IMG/VR virus record: IMGVR_UViG_3300023179_006341
Location: 1-64,000 of that record
Strand: one strand, 5' to 3'
Length of the DNA stretch: 64,000 bases
Source of the DNA: a virus
In this document: in pieces, positions 28,844 through 38,906 of the stretch
Layout of the letters: each line of letters begins with the position of its first letter
Numbering within the stretch: the stretch's first letter is position 1
Made by a program: the position numbers and the translations under genes
The notes under the pieces: model-generated
Told to the model about the DNA's origin: nothing
The model's database searches: none
What the model saw: only the letters and a program-made list of their open reading frames with translations

Positions 28844-29998
28844 ATGTCAAAGATTGATACTAGTTTTAGCTTTACGCTTGATGAAGCAGAGGATGCTCTA
28901 CATAGCCTTATCAAGACCAAACTTTCTATGTTTCTATGGGGTCCACCAGGGATCGGTAAATCTGACCTCATTCGTTCTATCGCACGTAAAAATGCTTGGG
29001 CAGTACGTGAAGTGCGCCTTGGTCAAATCGACCCTACAGATATCAAAGGAATTCCATTCTTTAACTCTGATAAGTCATATTATGCGTTTAATGAGCACAC
29101 TAAAGAGTTTGAAGAAACCAAAGGTACTCTAGATTGGGCACCACCATCAGAATTTCCTGATGCCAAATTTGCTGAACAATATGAGCAAGTTATTCTATTT
29201 CTTGATGAAATGAATGTTGCTGCCCCCACTGTTCAAGCTGCTGCTTATCAACTTGTTCTTGATCGTCGTGTTGGTAAATATAAAGTTCCTGAGAACGTAA
29301 TTATCGTTGCTGCAGGTAACCGTGATAGTGATAAAGGTGTAACTTATCGTATGCCATCACCACTATCTAACCGTTTTATCCATATGGATATTCGCCCTGA
29401 TTTCAACGTATGGCAAAATTGGGCAGTACAAAACAATATACACAAAGATGTAGTGGGTTACTTGTCATTCGCTAAAAATGACTTGTATGATTTTGATGGT
29501 CGCAGTAGTGGACACGCATTTGCTACACCACGTAGTTGGTCAGCAGTAAGTAAAATTCTAGAGGATGCACCAACCATTCCAAGTGAATTGTTAACTAAAA
29601 TTATCGCAGGTACTGTTGGTGATGGTCTTTCAGTCAAGTTTATGGCGCACCGTAAGCTTGTTGACAAAATGCCTGATCCTATGGACATTCTACAGGGTAA
29701 AGTCACTGAGCTTGCAGTAAAAGAAGTTAGTGCTATGTACTCACTTACTGTAAGTATGTGCTACGAATTAAAAGACATGAGCGATAGCAAAAAAGTAGAA
29801 GGTAAGAAATTTCACGAAATGTGCGACAATTTCTTCAAATTTATGATGGAAAATTTTGAAACTGAGTTGGTTATTATGGGTGCAAGAATTGCCCTGAAAA
29901 CCTACAAATTGAATATTGATCCTACACAGTTGAAAACTTTGACTGATTTCCATAAGAAGTATGGTAAGTACATTAAGGAAGCCATTAACACTAAGTAA
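28844..29998 (+). CDS. MoxR-like AAA+ ATPase
   Basis: WGPPGIGKS; LFLDE; AAGNR; LSNRF; TPRSW. Confidence 0.9.
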   Translation: MSKIDTSFSFTLDEAEDALHSLIKTKLSMFLWGPPGIGKSDLIRSIARKNAWAVREVRLGQIDPTDIKGIPFFNSDKSYYAFNEHTKEFEETKGTLDWAPPSEFPDAKFAEQYEQVILFLDEMNVAAPTVQAAAYQLVLDRRVGKYKVPENVIIVAAGNRDSDKGVTYRMPSPLSNRFIHMDIRPDFNVWQNWAVQNNIHKDVVGYLSFAKNDLYDFDGRSSGHAFATPRSWSAVSKILEDAPTIPSELLTKIIAGTVGDGLSVKFMAHRKLVDKMPDPMDILQGKVTELAVKEVSAMYSLTVSMCYELKDMSDSKKVEGKKFHEMCDNFFKFMMENFETELVIMGARIALKTYKLNIDPTQLKTLTDFHKKYGKYIKEAINTK

Positions 29999-30008
29999 AA
30001 TGTAGGAA

Positions 30009-30031
30009 AAGTGGGGTGAAATTCCCCACTT
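30009..30031 (+). terminator. stem-loop after the AAA gene
   Basis: aagtgggg...ccccactt; weak U-tract. Confidence 0.55.
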
Positions 30032-30058
30032 GATTAAAAATAGTTATTGTGTTATCAT
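30030..30058 (+). promoter_or_regulatory. sigma70-type promoter
   Basis: TTGATT-N17-TATCAT. Confidence 0.55.
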
Positions 30059-30084
30059 GATGCTATTATATCAAAGGAAAGTTT

Positions 30085-31380
30085 ATGACTATTACCGCTA
30101 ATACCAAAGAAAACAAAAAAATTAAAAAAGAGTTTGAAGATTTGATCGGTCCGTTCGACCCTGTTCTTGATCGTGAAGCACGTGACATTATTACAGGCGC
30201 ACGTGTTGCCCTACTGCTTAAACATTCATTTTTTGGTAACTTAGCTACACGTCTTAAACTAATTAATGGTGATGAGTGGTTACCTACTGCCGCTACTGAT
30301 GGTAAGCGATTCTATTATAATAGTCGTTTTATCAAAAAACTTACACGTGGTGAGGTTGAGTTTCTTGTTGGTCATGAAGTACTTCATGTTGTTTATGATC
30401 ATATTGGTAGGATTGGTCATCGTGATCGTCAAATGTTTAACATTGCCAATGACTATGCTGTTAACGCAGACCTGAAAAAACATAATGTAGGTACGTTTAT
30501 TACTACAGTACCATGCTTATACGAACCCAAATATGAAGGTAAATCATCTGAAGAAATTTATGATGATTTAATGAAAAATATCCAAACCATCAGTATGGAT
30601 GCACTGATCGATAAAATGATCGATGAACACCTTGAAGGTGATAGTGAGGGTGATGAGGGTGATGATGATGGTGATATGGATAAAACAGGACGTAGCAAGA
30701 ACGGTCCTAAGAAAATGACCGATGAAGAACGTGAACAACTTCGCCAAGAAATTAAACAAAATATTATCAATGCAGCACGTAGTAGTGAAGCAGGATCTAT
30801 CCCTAAAGGTGTAGAGCGTTTAATTAAGGATATTACTGATCCTAAAATGCCTTGGAGAGAATTGCTTCAAACCAACATTGTTTCAACGTTGCGTGATGAC
30901 TATACTTTTATACGCCCAAGCAAGCGTGGTTGGCATCTTGATGCTATCTTACCTTCACTGAATTTTAGTGAGCTAATCGACATATGCGTAGCTATTGATA
31001 TGAGTGGCAGTATTAGTGATAAACAAGGCAAAGATTTCTTAAGTGAAATTCAAGGTATCATGGACATGTTTAATAACTACAAGATTCACGTGTTTTCATT
31101 TGATACACGTTGCTACAATTTAAAAGAATTTAATTCTGAAAATATGGATAGTATTGTTGATTATGAACTAAAAGGTGGTGGTGGTACTGACTTTGATGCA
31201 ATTTTTGATTTCTTAAAAAACCAAGCTATCGAACCAAAACGTTTAGTAGTGTTTACTGATGGATATCCTTGTGGATCATGGGGTGATGCAAATTATTGTG
31301 ATACAACGTGGATTATTCATGGTGATTCCAACCCAAACCCACCTTTTGGAACATGGGCAATTTATGATGACCACAAATAA
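30085..31380 (+). CDS. metallopeptidase plus vWA protein (DUF2201-like), MoxR partner
   Basis: TAATDG; HEVLH; NIANDYAVN; IDMSGS; GGGGTDF; VFTDG. Confidence 0.88.
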   Translation: MTITANTKENKKIKKEFEDLIGPFDPVLDREARDIITGARVALLLKHSFFGNLATRLKLINGDEWLPTAATDGKRFYYNSRFIKKLTRGEVEFLVGHEVLHVVYDHIGRIGHRDRQMFNIANDYAVNADLKKHNVGTFITTVPCLYEPKYEGKSSEEIYDDLMKNIQTISMDALIDKMIDEHLEGDSEGDEGDDDGDMDKTGRSKNGPKKMTDEEREQLRQEIKQNIINAARSSEAGSIPKGVERLIKDITDPKMPWRELLQTNIVSTLRDDYTFIRPSKRGWHLDAILPSLNFSELIDICVAIDMSGSISDKQGKDFLSEIQGIMDMFNNYKIHVFSFDTRCYNLKEFNSENMDSIVDYELKGGGGTDFDAIFDFLKNQAIEPKRLVVFTDGYPCGSWGDANYCDTTWIIHGDSNPNPPFGTWAIYDDHK

Positions 31381-31633
31381 TATAATCTATAAATCACAAG
31401 ATATTAATCAGTACAATGTTTATACATCAAGTAATAGCACAGATGAAGTCATTGTTAAAAATTTAAGTCATGGTGCAATTAGTAATTTAAAAACTTGGGT
31501 CTTTAAAAATGAAGACTCAGGTTTAAATATTGATGATTATATTAAATGCAGAGAGTCTGCAAAGTATGATCAGCGTTTAGCAAATTTATTAGATGAACTA
31601 AAAACCATATATCTATTATTGAAAAATGAGTAA
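31364..31633 (+). CDS. hypothetical protein
   Basis: Likely ATG at 31364; operonic overlap. Confidence 0.55.
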   Translation: MMTTNNIIYKSQDINQYNVYTSSNSTDEVIVKNLSHGAISNLKTWVFKNEDSGLNIDDYIKCRESAKYDQRLANLLDELKTIYLLLKNE

Positions 31634-31949
31634 CTATATTGCTAGTTGGGATGAATTTGGTTTAGAAGCGTTGTTCAATGTTACAAACATTGATGAAAAC
31701 AATGTTTGGAAAATCTTAAAAGATGAAAGAACACAAACGGTTCCATTACGTAATTTAATTTTGCGAGCACAATTTAATCCGCAACGTGCATACGAAATAT
31801 ATGCATTTGCATCTGATTTAAGCGAAGATGAAATAGTGTATTGTTTCGAGCATACTCCACAAACTATAGTTGAACAAATTAGGCAAGTTGGTCATAAGTT
31901 TTTTTCTAACTATAATCCACATGATAAAAGTAAAATAAAAATAACATAG
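31626..31949 (+). CDS. hypothetical phage protein
   Basis: WDEFGLE...LRAQFNPQRAYEIY. Confidence 0.65.
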   Translation: MSNYIASWDEFGLEALFNVTNIDENNVWKILKDERTQTVPLRNLILRAQFNPQRAYEIYAFASDLSEDEIVYCFEHTPQTIVEQIRQVGHKFFSNYNPHDKSKIKIT

Positions 31950-31997
31950 GTACATCCTCCTAAATATTTGTGGTAGAAACACGTTTAGGAGAATACC

Positions 31998-32708
31998 ATG
32001 GCAAGATTTATTAAACACGTTGGATTACATGGAGACCGTAAAGTAGCGGTTGTTTTTAGGCAAGTTCCTAATGAGGAGCATATGTGCCTAGTTGTTTATA
32101 CCCAACTGTTAAATCAAAATATTCATGACCCACTAATGGCTACCATTGAAAGTGATATTGGTCAAGTTAGTAAAGAACTCGCAGATGCATTAAATCGTAC
32201 ACATACTCGTGATGGTAAAATTATTTTACAAGTTTTACATAGTGAAGGTATGCTTAAAAAAGTTAACACTGAACAAATTGTAATGACTCCTGCTCCAAGA
32301 CAACATATACGATTAAATGAATTAAATAAGCTGTTAAACGAAATGGAGCAAGGTGAAGCAGCAGTACGTAGATTGGCTGAAATTGATGCTAGTAAGGGCT
32401 TACAAGATCCTGCAGATATTGCCAAACGTATGCGTGGAGAACAACCTGCAGCAGACCGTATGTTTGGTGCTAAGGATGCATTAGGTGATAATGAATTAGC
32501 AAATAATTTACGTCAACAAGCAGCTAAAATGAGTGCTGAGGCTAAAGGATTGCTTGCTGAGGCTGATCGTTTAATAAAAGAAGCTGCAAGCATGGAAGGG
32601 GTAATGATTGAAGAACCTGCACCAAAGGCAAAAGCAACCAAGAAAACTGCTACAAAAGCACCTGCAAAAAAATCAACTCGTTCTAAAGTGAGCCAACTAG
32701 TAAGCTAA
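31998..32708 (+). CDS. conserved phage protein with coiled coil and Lys/Ala-rich tail
   Basis: RBS aggaga; TAAATA upstream; FIKHVG N-terminus. Confidence 0.7.
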   Translation: MARFIKHVGLHGDRKVAVVFRQVPNEEHMCLVVYTQLLNQNIHDPLMATIESDIGQVSKELADALNRTHTRDGKIILQVLHSEGMLKKVNTEQIVMTPAPRQHIRLNELNKLLNEMEQGEAAVRRLAEIDASKGLQDPADIAKRMRGEQPAADRMFGAKDALGDNELANNLRQQAAKMSAEAKGLLAEADRLIKEAASMEGVMIEEPAPKAKATKKTATKAPAKKSTRSKVSQLVS

Positions 32709-32712
32709 TATT

Positions 32713-33009
32713 ATGTCTCCCGAAGTATTCAAGAAGTGGGAAGAAATTGTTGATGATGTTGACAAAATAAAAATACCTGTTGAGTTTATTAAGAAAATAA
32801 TCATCAAAATGGAAGGTCGTAGGCAACGAACGTTAAACATACAATCGTTGGTACGATCAGGACATGATAATGATGAAATTGAAGAAATCATAGCATCTAA
32901 GTTAAAAGAACTTGATGATGAAATGATTAGTATAGAATTTATACTAGATATTGAAAACATTGCAGAAACAGTTCAACCCACAACCGATCATCTATTAAGA
33001 AAATTATAA
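32713..33009 (+). CDS. hypothetical protein
   Basis: Operonic ORF; KWEEIVDDVDK..IP. Confidence 0.65.
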   Translation: MSPEVFKKWEEIVDDVDKIKIPVEFIKKIIIKMEGRRQRTLNIQSLVRSGHDNDEIEEIIASKLKELDDEMISIEFILDIENIAETVQPTTDHLLRKL

Positions 33010-33026
33010 AACTAGATAAACTCATG

Positions 33027-33055
33027 TTGATTTTATAGAATTTTGCTAGTATGAT
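33027..33055 (+). promoter_or_regulatory. sigma70-type promoter upstream of thyX
   Basis: TTGATT-N17-TATGAT. Confidence 0.6.
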
Positions 33056-33076
33056 TGCACCATTTAAGGAATCAAC

Positions 33077-33766
33077 ATGAATGTAACGTTATTATCTTAC
33101 TCACAACCAACCAAAGATTTTAGAAAACTTGGTATAGAGGATGCACAAGACTTAATTGCATATTGCGCTAGAGTAAGTAATCCATCTAACCAACTCAATA
33201 TTGAAACTAGCCAAAAACTCATACGCTATCTTATTAAAAACGCACATTGGTCACCATTAGAAATGGTCAGTGCATGTATGGAAATCACAACCACACGTGA
33301 TATTGCTAGACAAATATTGCGTCATCGTTCTTTTTCATTCCAAGAGTTTTCACAACGTTACGCTGACCCAACTAAAGATTTAAATTTTTTAGTGCGTGAA
33401 GCACGTTTGCAAGACCCAAAAAATCGTCAAAATAGTATTGAATTAGATAATACGGTTGAACATGGCATAATGCAAGAAGAATGGGCACTTAAACAACTAG
33501 AAGTCATTGTCTCAGCAAAAAATGCTTATACATGGGCAGTTAAGAATGGTATTGCTAAAGAACAAGCACGTGCTGTACTTCCTGAAGGATTGATAGAAAG
33601 CAAACTTTATGTCAACGGAACAATTAGGTCATGGGTACATTTTATTCAACTACGAAGCGGTAATGGTACACAAAAAGAGCACCAATTAATCGCACTAGAA
33701 TGTGCAAAGGTTATCGCAAATGTCTTTCCTATGGCAACAGAATTGGTCAACAACACCAATGATTAA
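33077..33766 (+). CDS. thyX: FAD-dependent thymidylate synthase
   Basis: HWSPLE; QILRHRSFSFQEFSQRY; EQARAVLP; TQKEH. Confidence 0.96.
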   Translation: MNVTLLSYSQPTKDFRKLGIEDAQDLIAYCARVSNPSNQLNIETSQKLIRYLIKNAHWSPLEMVSACMEITTTRDIARQILRHRSFSFQEFSQRYADPTKDLNFLVREARLQDPKNRQNSIELDNTVEHGIMQEEWALKQLEVIVSAKNAYTWAVKNGIAKEQARAVLPEGLIESKLYVNGTIRSWVHFIQLRSGNGTQKEHQLIALECAKVIANVFPMATELVNNTND

Positions 33767-34052
33767 AAACTTACTTTACCCTACTAATGGTACAGTACCG
33801 CACCTTATGCAAAATGTAACCTATGTTGAGGTTTGCAATTTTAGGATGGGTGATGTAGAAGATCCTGAATTATATGCATCAATACCATTAGGTGAATGGT
33901 TAACCACGGAAAAAGGTAAGTGGGTAAAAGACTATAGTAGCGACATGGTATACGCAATAATGGTTGATGTTGAATCTTATGGTTATCGTTGTGTTGTACG
34001 TGCAGCATTTGATGAAGCAACATTAAATTTATATATTTTAAAGTGGAAATAA
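33759..34052 (+). CDS. hypothetical phage protein
   Basis: FRMGDVEDPELYA...EKGKWV...LKWK. Confidence 0.65.
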   Translation: MIKNLLYPTNGTVPHLMQNVTYVEVCNFRMGDVEDPELYASIPLGEWLTTEKGKWVKDYSSDMVYAIMVDVESYGYRCVVRAAFDEATLNLYILKWK

Positions 34053-34053
34053 T

Positions 34054-35022
34054 ATGATTTTTGTAACAGGTGGATTAGGGTTTATAGGACATAATGTAGT
34101 AAGACAATTAGAGAAACGTAAGCATGAAGTACGCATTATTGATAATTGTACTAATTATGGTTTTGTGCCTAAAGACGAACTTTCTTATCTTGTAAAAGAA
34201 CGTAAAAAACAGTTTAGTTCTATTCTACACAATTTTCACGTTGCTGATTCAAGGTTGCACATGGTGTTTAGCACACTTAAACCTAAAACTGTTATACATC
34301 TTGCTTCGATGCCTAGAGCAAAAATTGTAAACAATACTCCTACTATAGCAGCACGTACTATGATTGAAGGATTACTTAACTTACTTGAATTATGTACAAA
34401 CAACAATGTCAAAAGATTTGTCTATGTTAGTAGTAGTATGGTATATGGTGATTGGGATGGTATTATTGATGAACATTACCCATGTAACCCAAAAGATATC
34501 TATGGCACACTAAAACTTACAGGTGAAAAATTAGTTGAAATATGGGCACGTGATAACAACCGTGAATATAGTATATTGCGACCAAGTGCGGTGTACGGTC
34601 CGTTAGACGTAGAGGATAGAGTGCTCAGTAAATTCTTACTCAATGCAATGCGTGGACAAGATATTGTGGTAAAAGGAGAACAGGAAGTTTTAGATTTTAC
34701 CTATGTTGAAGATGTTGCTTGGGGTATAACCAATGCAGCATTAAGTAATGTAGCAGTAAATAAAATTTATAATGTTACAAGAAATCAAGCAGATAGATGT
34801 ACATTGCTAGATGTTGCAAATATGGTGGTAGAAATGGTAGGAAAAGGTAATGTACGTGTTGAACCAAAAGACCCACGCTATCCAAGTCGTGGCAAGCTAA
34901 ATTCAGAATTAGCTAAACAAGATTTTAATTTTAATCCTTATGTTGACATTGAAAACGGTTTGGAATGCTATTACAAGTGGCTCACAGAAAGCACCTATTG
35001 GCAATCAAAACTTAGCAAATAG
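34054..35022 (+). CDS. NAD-dependent epimerase/dehydratase
   Basis: VTGGLGFIG; SSSMVYG; YGTLK; LDFTYVED. Confidence 0.92.
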   Translation: MIFVTGGLGFIGHNVVRQLEKRKHEVRIIDNCTNYGFVPKDELSYLVKERKKQFSSILHNFHVADSRLHMVFSTLKPKTVIHLASMPRAKIVNNTPTIAARTMIEGLLNLLELCTNNNVKRFVYVSSSMVYGDWDGIIDEHYPCNPKDIYGTLKLTGEKLVEIWARDNNREYSILRPSAVYGPLDVEDRVLSKFLLNAMRGQDIVVKGEQEVLDFTYVEDVAWGITNAALSNVAVNKIYNVTRNQADRCTLLDVANMVVEMVGKGNVRVEPKDPRYPSRGKLNSELAKQDFNFNPYVDIENGLECYYKWLTESTYWQSKLSK

Positions 35023-36157
35023 TATACCATTTCATCGTTTAGACAGACAGTATGATTTGATAAAGGATGAGTTATTGTATGTCACCAATGAAGTATTAAA
35101 AAGTGGCAAGCTAGTCAATGGTAGGTACAAGTTTGACTTAGAAGAATACTTTAGTAATTACTTAAATTTTAAACATGTATATGCAGTGCACAGTGGCACA
35201 CAAGCCTTAGAAATTATTGCTGAGGCTAATAAATTAGCTACATCATACAGAAAACATGAATATCATATTCTTATACCTGATGTTAGCTATAAAGCTACAT
35301 TACATGCTTTTGTCAGACATGGTTATAAAGTTACATTAGTTGATGTTGACGCATATGGTATGATGAAGTGGGATGAAGTAACCAAAATAGTTGAATCTAA
35401 TCCTGATACCATTTATGATATTTGTATTGTGGGGTTATATGGAGCAAAACCATACTATAATAATTATAAAGAAAGTGAGTTACGATTTAAAGCATTAAGC
35501 ACAATTAGTATACGTGGTGGTAAAATATTTGAAGATGGTGCGCAACATTGGTTAAGTGGTAGAAATGAAATGTCCACTGCTATGGCAATAAGTTTAGATC
35601 CTACAAAAAACCTAAATGCTAGTGGTAATGGTGGTGTAATTTGTACTAGCTATGATAGTTTAGCGCATCATATTGAATCAATTTGTAAAAATGGTTCAGA
35701 AAATAATATACTTGCTACGCAGATAGGAACTAATAGTAAGTTAAGTGAAATTGATTGCGCACACGTTTTAGTACGTTCTAAGTATATTGAAGCATGGCAA
35801 CAACGCAGAAAAGATATTGCTGCATACTATATGCGTGAATTTACTAAGCATGATATTGAAAACCTATGTGAATCTAAAGAAGAGCGTATGTATGCTTATC
35901 ACAGCGTAAATAAGTTTGCCATTAGTATAGAAAATCGTGACCGTTTACAAGAATACCTTACATTAAATGGTATAGAGACTAAAATACATTATAAACGAAA
36001 CTTATCAAGATATAGACTAGCTTATAATAATTGTTCTTTGTTAGAAAATTCTTGGCAATTTTGTGCGCATACATTATCTTTACCAATCTATCCTGAATTA
36101 ACTGATGGTGAAGTTGAGCACATAGTGCAAACAATTATTAAGTTCTTGTATAAATAA
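34940..36157 (+). CDS. DegT/DnrJ/EryC1/StrS sugar aminotransferase (start uncertain)
   Basis: IPF..L.RQY; SGTQALE; EDGAQ; SLDPTKNL...GNGG; LSLPIYPEL. Confidence 0.9.
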   Translation: MLTLKTVWNAITSGSQKAPIGNQNLANSIPFHRLDRQYDLIKDELLYVTNEVLKSGKLVNGRYKFDLEEYFSNYLNFKHVYAVHSGTQALEIIAEANKLATSYRKHEYHILIPDVSYKATLHAFVRHGYKVTLVDVDAYGMMKWDEVTKIVESNPDTIYDICIVGLYGAKPYYNNYKESELRFKALSTISIRGGKIFEDGAQHWLSGRNEMSTAMAISLDPTKNLNASGNGGVICTSYDSLAHHIESICKNGSENNILATQIGTNSKLSEIDCAHVLVRSKYIEAWQQRRKDIAAYYMREFTKHDIENLCESKEERMYAYHSVNKFAISIENRDRLQEYLTLNGIETKIHYKRNLSRYRLAYNNCSLLENSWQFCAHTLSLPIYPELTDGEVEHIVQTIIKFLYK

Positions 36158-36161
36158 CAAT

Positions 36162-36668
36162 ATGTGGATATTATCTCTTTTACCTGAGTGGGCTATTCAT
36201 GCAATATTTGCTGCGGGAGCAGTTGGTATCATTCTAGGATTTGTACTAGGATTCATTCCATTCGTAAATAAATACAAACTTCCTATACAGATTATAAGCA
36301 TTTTAGTATTTGCTTTTGGTGTATATCTTGAAGGTGGGTATGCAAATGAAATGATTTGGCAAATGAAAGTCAAAGAAATGGAAGTAAAAATTAAAGAAGC
36401 TGAAGTAAAAGCAGCACAAAAGAATGTAGAAATTCAAGAAAAAGTAGTCACTCAAACTCAAATTGTAAAAGAAAAAGGTCAAGATATTATTAAATATGTG
36501 GATAGGTATAGAGACCGTGAAATTCTCAAAACAGTAGAAGGACCTGAACGTGTTAAGATTGAAGAAGTCATTAAGTTTGTAGAAAATTGTCCTATTCCAC
36601 AAGATATAATTGATGCGCATAATACTGCTGCCAAAATGAATGAAGCAGCAAAAGGTGATAAAAAATGA
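36162..36668 (+). CDS. putative i-spanin (Rz-like)
   Basis: N-terminal TMs, coiled coil, CPIP near C-terminus; TAAATA-N5-ATG; followed by a lipoprotein. Confidence 0.65.
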   Translation: MWILSLLPEWAIHAIFAAGAVGIILGFVLGFIPFVNKYKLPIQIISILVFAFGVYLEGGYANEMIWQMKVKEMEVKIKEAEVKAAQKNVEIQEKVVTQTQIVKEKGQDIIKYVDRYRDREILKTVEGPERVKIEEVIKFVENCPIPQDIIDAHNTAAKMNEAAKGDKK

Positions 36669-36973
36669 CAATCTCCAATGATGTTCGTTTTTTGATTGCT
36701 GTATGTTTTATCATGTTATTGATTACTTTAGGTGGATGTTCACTATTTGAAAAGCAACCTATCCCTGTAAAACGTGAATTTCCACAAGCCACGCCTGAAT
36801 TAATGAAAAAATGTGAGCAACTTAAAACCATACAAGGTGACAAAGTTGCTATTACAGAAATGTTAAAAACTGTAGTAGAAAATTATACGTTATATTATCA
36901 ATGCTCAACTAAAGTAGAAGGTTGGCAAGAATGGTATACAGAACAGAAAAAGATTTTTGATGAAGTAAAATAA
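36665..36973 (+). CDS. putative o-spanin (Rz1-like lipoprotein)
   Basis: Lipobox LGGC; FP..TPELMKKC; NYTLYYQC. Confidence 0.65.
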   Translation: MTISNDVRFLIAVCFIMLLITLGGCSLFEKQPIPVKREFPQATPELMKKCEQLKTIQGDKVAITEMLKTVVENYTLYYQCSTKVEGWQEWYTEQKKIFDEVK

Positions 36974-36982
36974 GGACATAAA

Positions 36983-37237
36983 ATGAACAAATTACTAGTT
37001 ATTGGTGCAGTAGTTTTGTTAGCAGGATGTGCATCAAGCAAAGATCAACTATACTATGATGCTGCTAAAGCTATTAGCAAAGACAATACCATGAGTCAAA
37101 CTGCTTGTTGGGCAGCTATTTCAGATATTGCCAAAGGTGGTGGTGAAGGTGCTAAAGTTGGTGCAATTAGTCTTGCTGACAAGTGCAAGAACGAAACCAT
37201 GAAGATTGAACGTCCTAGAAATTGGATTGGATTATAA
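36983..37237 (+). CDS. small lipoprotein
   Basis: Lipobox LAGC; RBS aagga. Confidence 0.75.
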   Translation: MNKLLVIGAVVLLAGCASSKDQLYYDAAKAISKDNTMSQTACWAAISDIAKGGGEGAKVGAISLADKCKNETMKIERPRNWIGL

Positions 37238-37993
37238 TAGTTTAGCTATTTGTATAGCTAGTTCATCATTACGTGGTGCATCAGGTAAATCGTTATCGTT
37301 AATATCACGATATCCAATGATTGGAAACTCTACGTTTTCATTTCTAATAAATCGTTGTATTAGTTCTTTTGGTGCAGCAATACCATCAGCATCCATTAAT
37401 TGACCATTAGGCAATTCTAACACAGCATGATCTGCACGTTTGCCATACGGTGTGTCTGCAATTAGTACAACCACTTTACCGCCATATTTTTTCTGTAGTG
37501 CTTGGGCAAAAACTACACACCCACCGTCAAACGGTCCGCTATCCGTGTGGTGTACTAATAATGTATATATTTTGTTCTTATTTTTAAATGGAAATTTACC
37601 TTCATGTATGATTTTTCTAGCTATTATACCATGACCAACAGGATATTCTTTATTAAACCTAATAGGTTGTAGCATAGGGTATAGGTATTTTGTTGTACCA
37701 CATTGTATATCAAACTTAGAACCACGTGGTACAAGGTGTTTACGCTCTAGTTTTCTAAATGTTTCTTCATCTACAACAATAGGTTCGCCAACAATGACTG
37801 AACCTATAGCAACTGCCTTACCTGTACCTGTACGAACGATGCCAACACGTTTACCTATGTATGGGTTTAAAGATGGTCCACGCCTACTTTCGTAATACTT
37901 TTTACCATCTACAATAAGATCAGCATAGTGTATATCACCATCGCTACGTATGTTTATGCCAATGGATGGTATATCAAACTCATTAAACTTCAT
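37232..37993 (-). CDS. two-domain protein: ASCH/PUA-like domain plus papain/transglutaminase-like Cys-His-Asp domain
   Basis: YADLIVDGKKYYESR (ASCH GxKxxExR); GGCVVFAQAL...HAV...MDADG. Confidence 0.6.
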   Translation of the reverse strand: MKFNEFDIPSIGINIRSDGDIHYADLIVDGKKYYESRRGPSLNPYIGKRVGIVRTGTGKAVAIGSVIVGEPIVVDEETFRKLERKHLVPRGSKFDIQCGTTKYLYPMLQPIRFNKEYPVGHGIIARKIIHEGKFPFKNKNKIYTLLVHHTDSGPFDGGCVVFAQALQKKYGGKVVVLIADTPYGKRADHAVLELPNGQLMDADGIAAPKELIQRFIRNENVEFPIIGYRDINDNDLPDAPRNDELAIQIAKLL

Positions 37994-38013
37994 TTATTAT
38001 AGCTTTCGTTTTA

Positions 38014-38874
38014 TTAAATTACAAATATTTTACCAACACTAGAGTTTAAAACGTCATCAAACATATAATTCATATCATTAGCTAATCGTTCAGATGCTTC
38101 CTTTCGTTCATTTTCATCACGATATTCAGGTTTAATATTTAAATACTGTGTTGGATTACCAAAAACTTTACGTCCATATCCTAGGTTAGTTGGTAAGGGA
38201 TTTAGTGTTACAGTGCCTGTACCTAAATATTGTGCAAATAATTCATACAAAAATTCATAAGGTCTACGAATTTGTCCTGTGCGACTACTGCGCTGTGTAC
38301 CAATAGCATTGAATAATGCATTGTATTCAGGAGTTAATTCTAAACTAAAGTTAGTATTAAATCTTGCTGATATCCTGCTGTAGTATTCTGCGAGCATATT
38401 GTTTACAGCACTAAAAAAATGCTTTTCAGCTTCTGACCAAGTACTCCATCCTCTATTGTTTCTTGTACCTGCTTGTATAGCATGTCCAAAACGATGTGCC
38501 ATTATCCATGGTGTAAGCATCACTCTAGCATCACCTTTATTACCAACAAAGACTACGGTTATTGCGTCATCACTTCCATCAATGATTTGATCAGATTGCT
38601 TTCCAAAAATAGTTCTAATTTGATCAGTTGTCATTGGGCCATATTCTATATATTTGCCTGTGCCACTGATGTTACTAAAAAATAATCTAAAATCATATGG
38701 AGTTTTTTCAAAAAACTTTTGTGTTTTTAACTTATTAGTAGGATGTGGAACTAATCTTCTATCAACAGGATTAAATGGTCCTGATTTTGCAAAATCCCCC
38801 ATCGGTTGGTAAGTGGACAATGCCATTTCATCAATGTCATCACTTGATTCAGTAATAAATTCAGTAGCTCTCAT
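38014..38874 (-). CDS. putative internal head protein with a zincin-like HRxxH motif
   Basis: MRATEFITE; WIMAHRFGHA; YEFLYELFAQY; TAAATA-N5-ATG on the minus strand. Confidence 0.55.
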   Translation of the reverse strand: MRATEFITESSDDIDEMALSTYQPMGDFAKSGPFNPVDRRLVPHPTNKLKTQKFFEKTPYDFRLFFSNISGTGKYIEYGPMTTDQIRTIFGKQSDQIIDGSDDAITVVFVGNKGDARVMLTPWIMAHRFGHAIQAGTRNNRGWSTWSEAEKHFFSAVNNMLAEYYSRISARFNTNFSLELTPEYNALFNAIGTQRSSRTGQIRRPYEFLYELFAQYLGTGTVTLNPLPTNLGYGRKVFGNPTQYLNIKPEYRDENERKEASERLANDMNYMFDDVLNSSVGKIFVI

Positions 38875-38906
38875 TTATATATTTATGAACAACGCTAAAT
38901 ATTATA

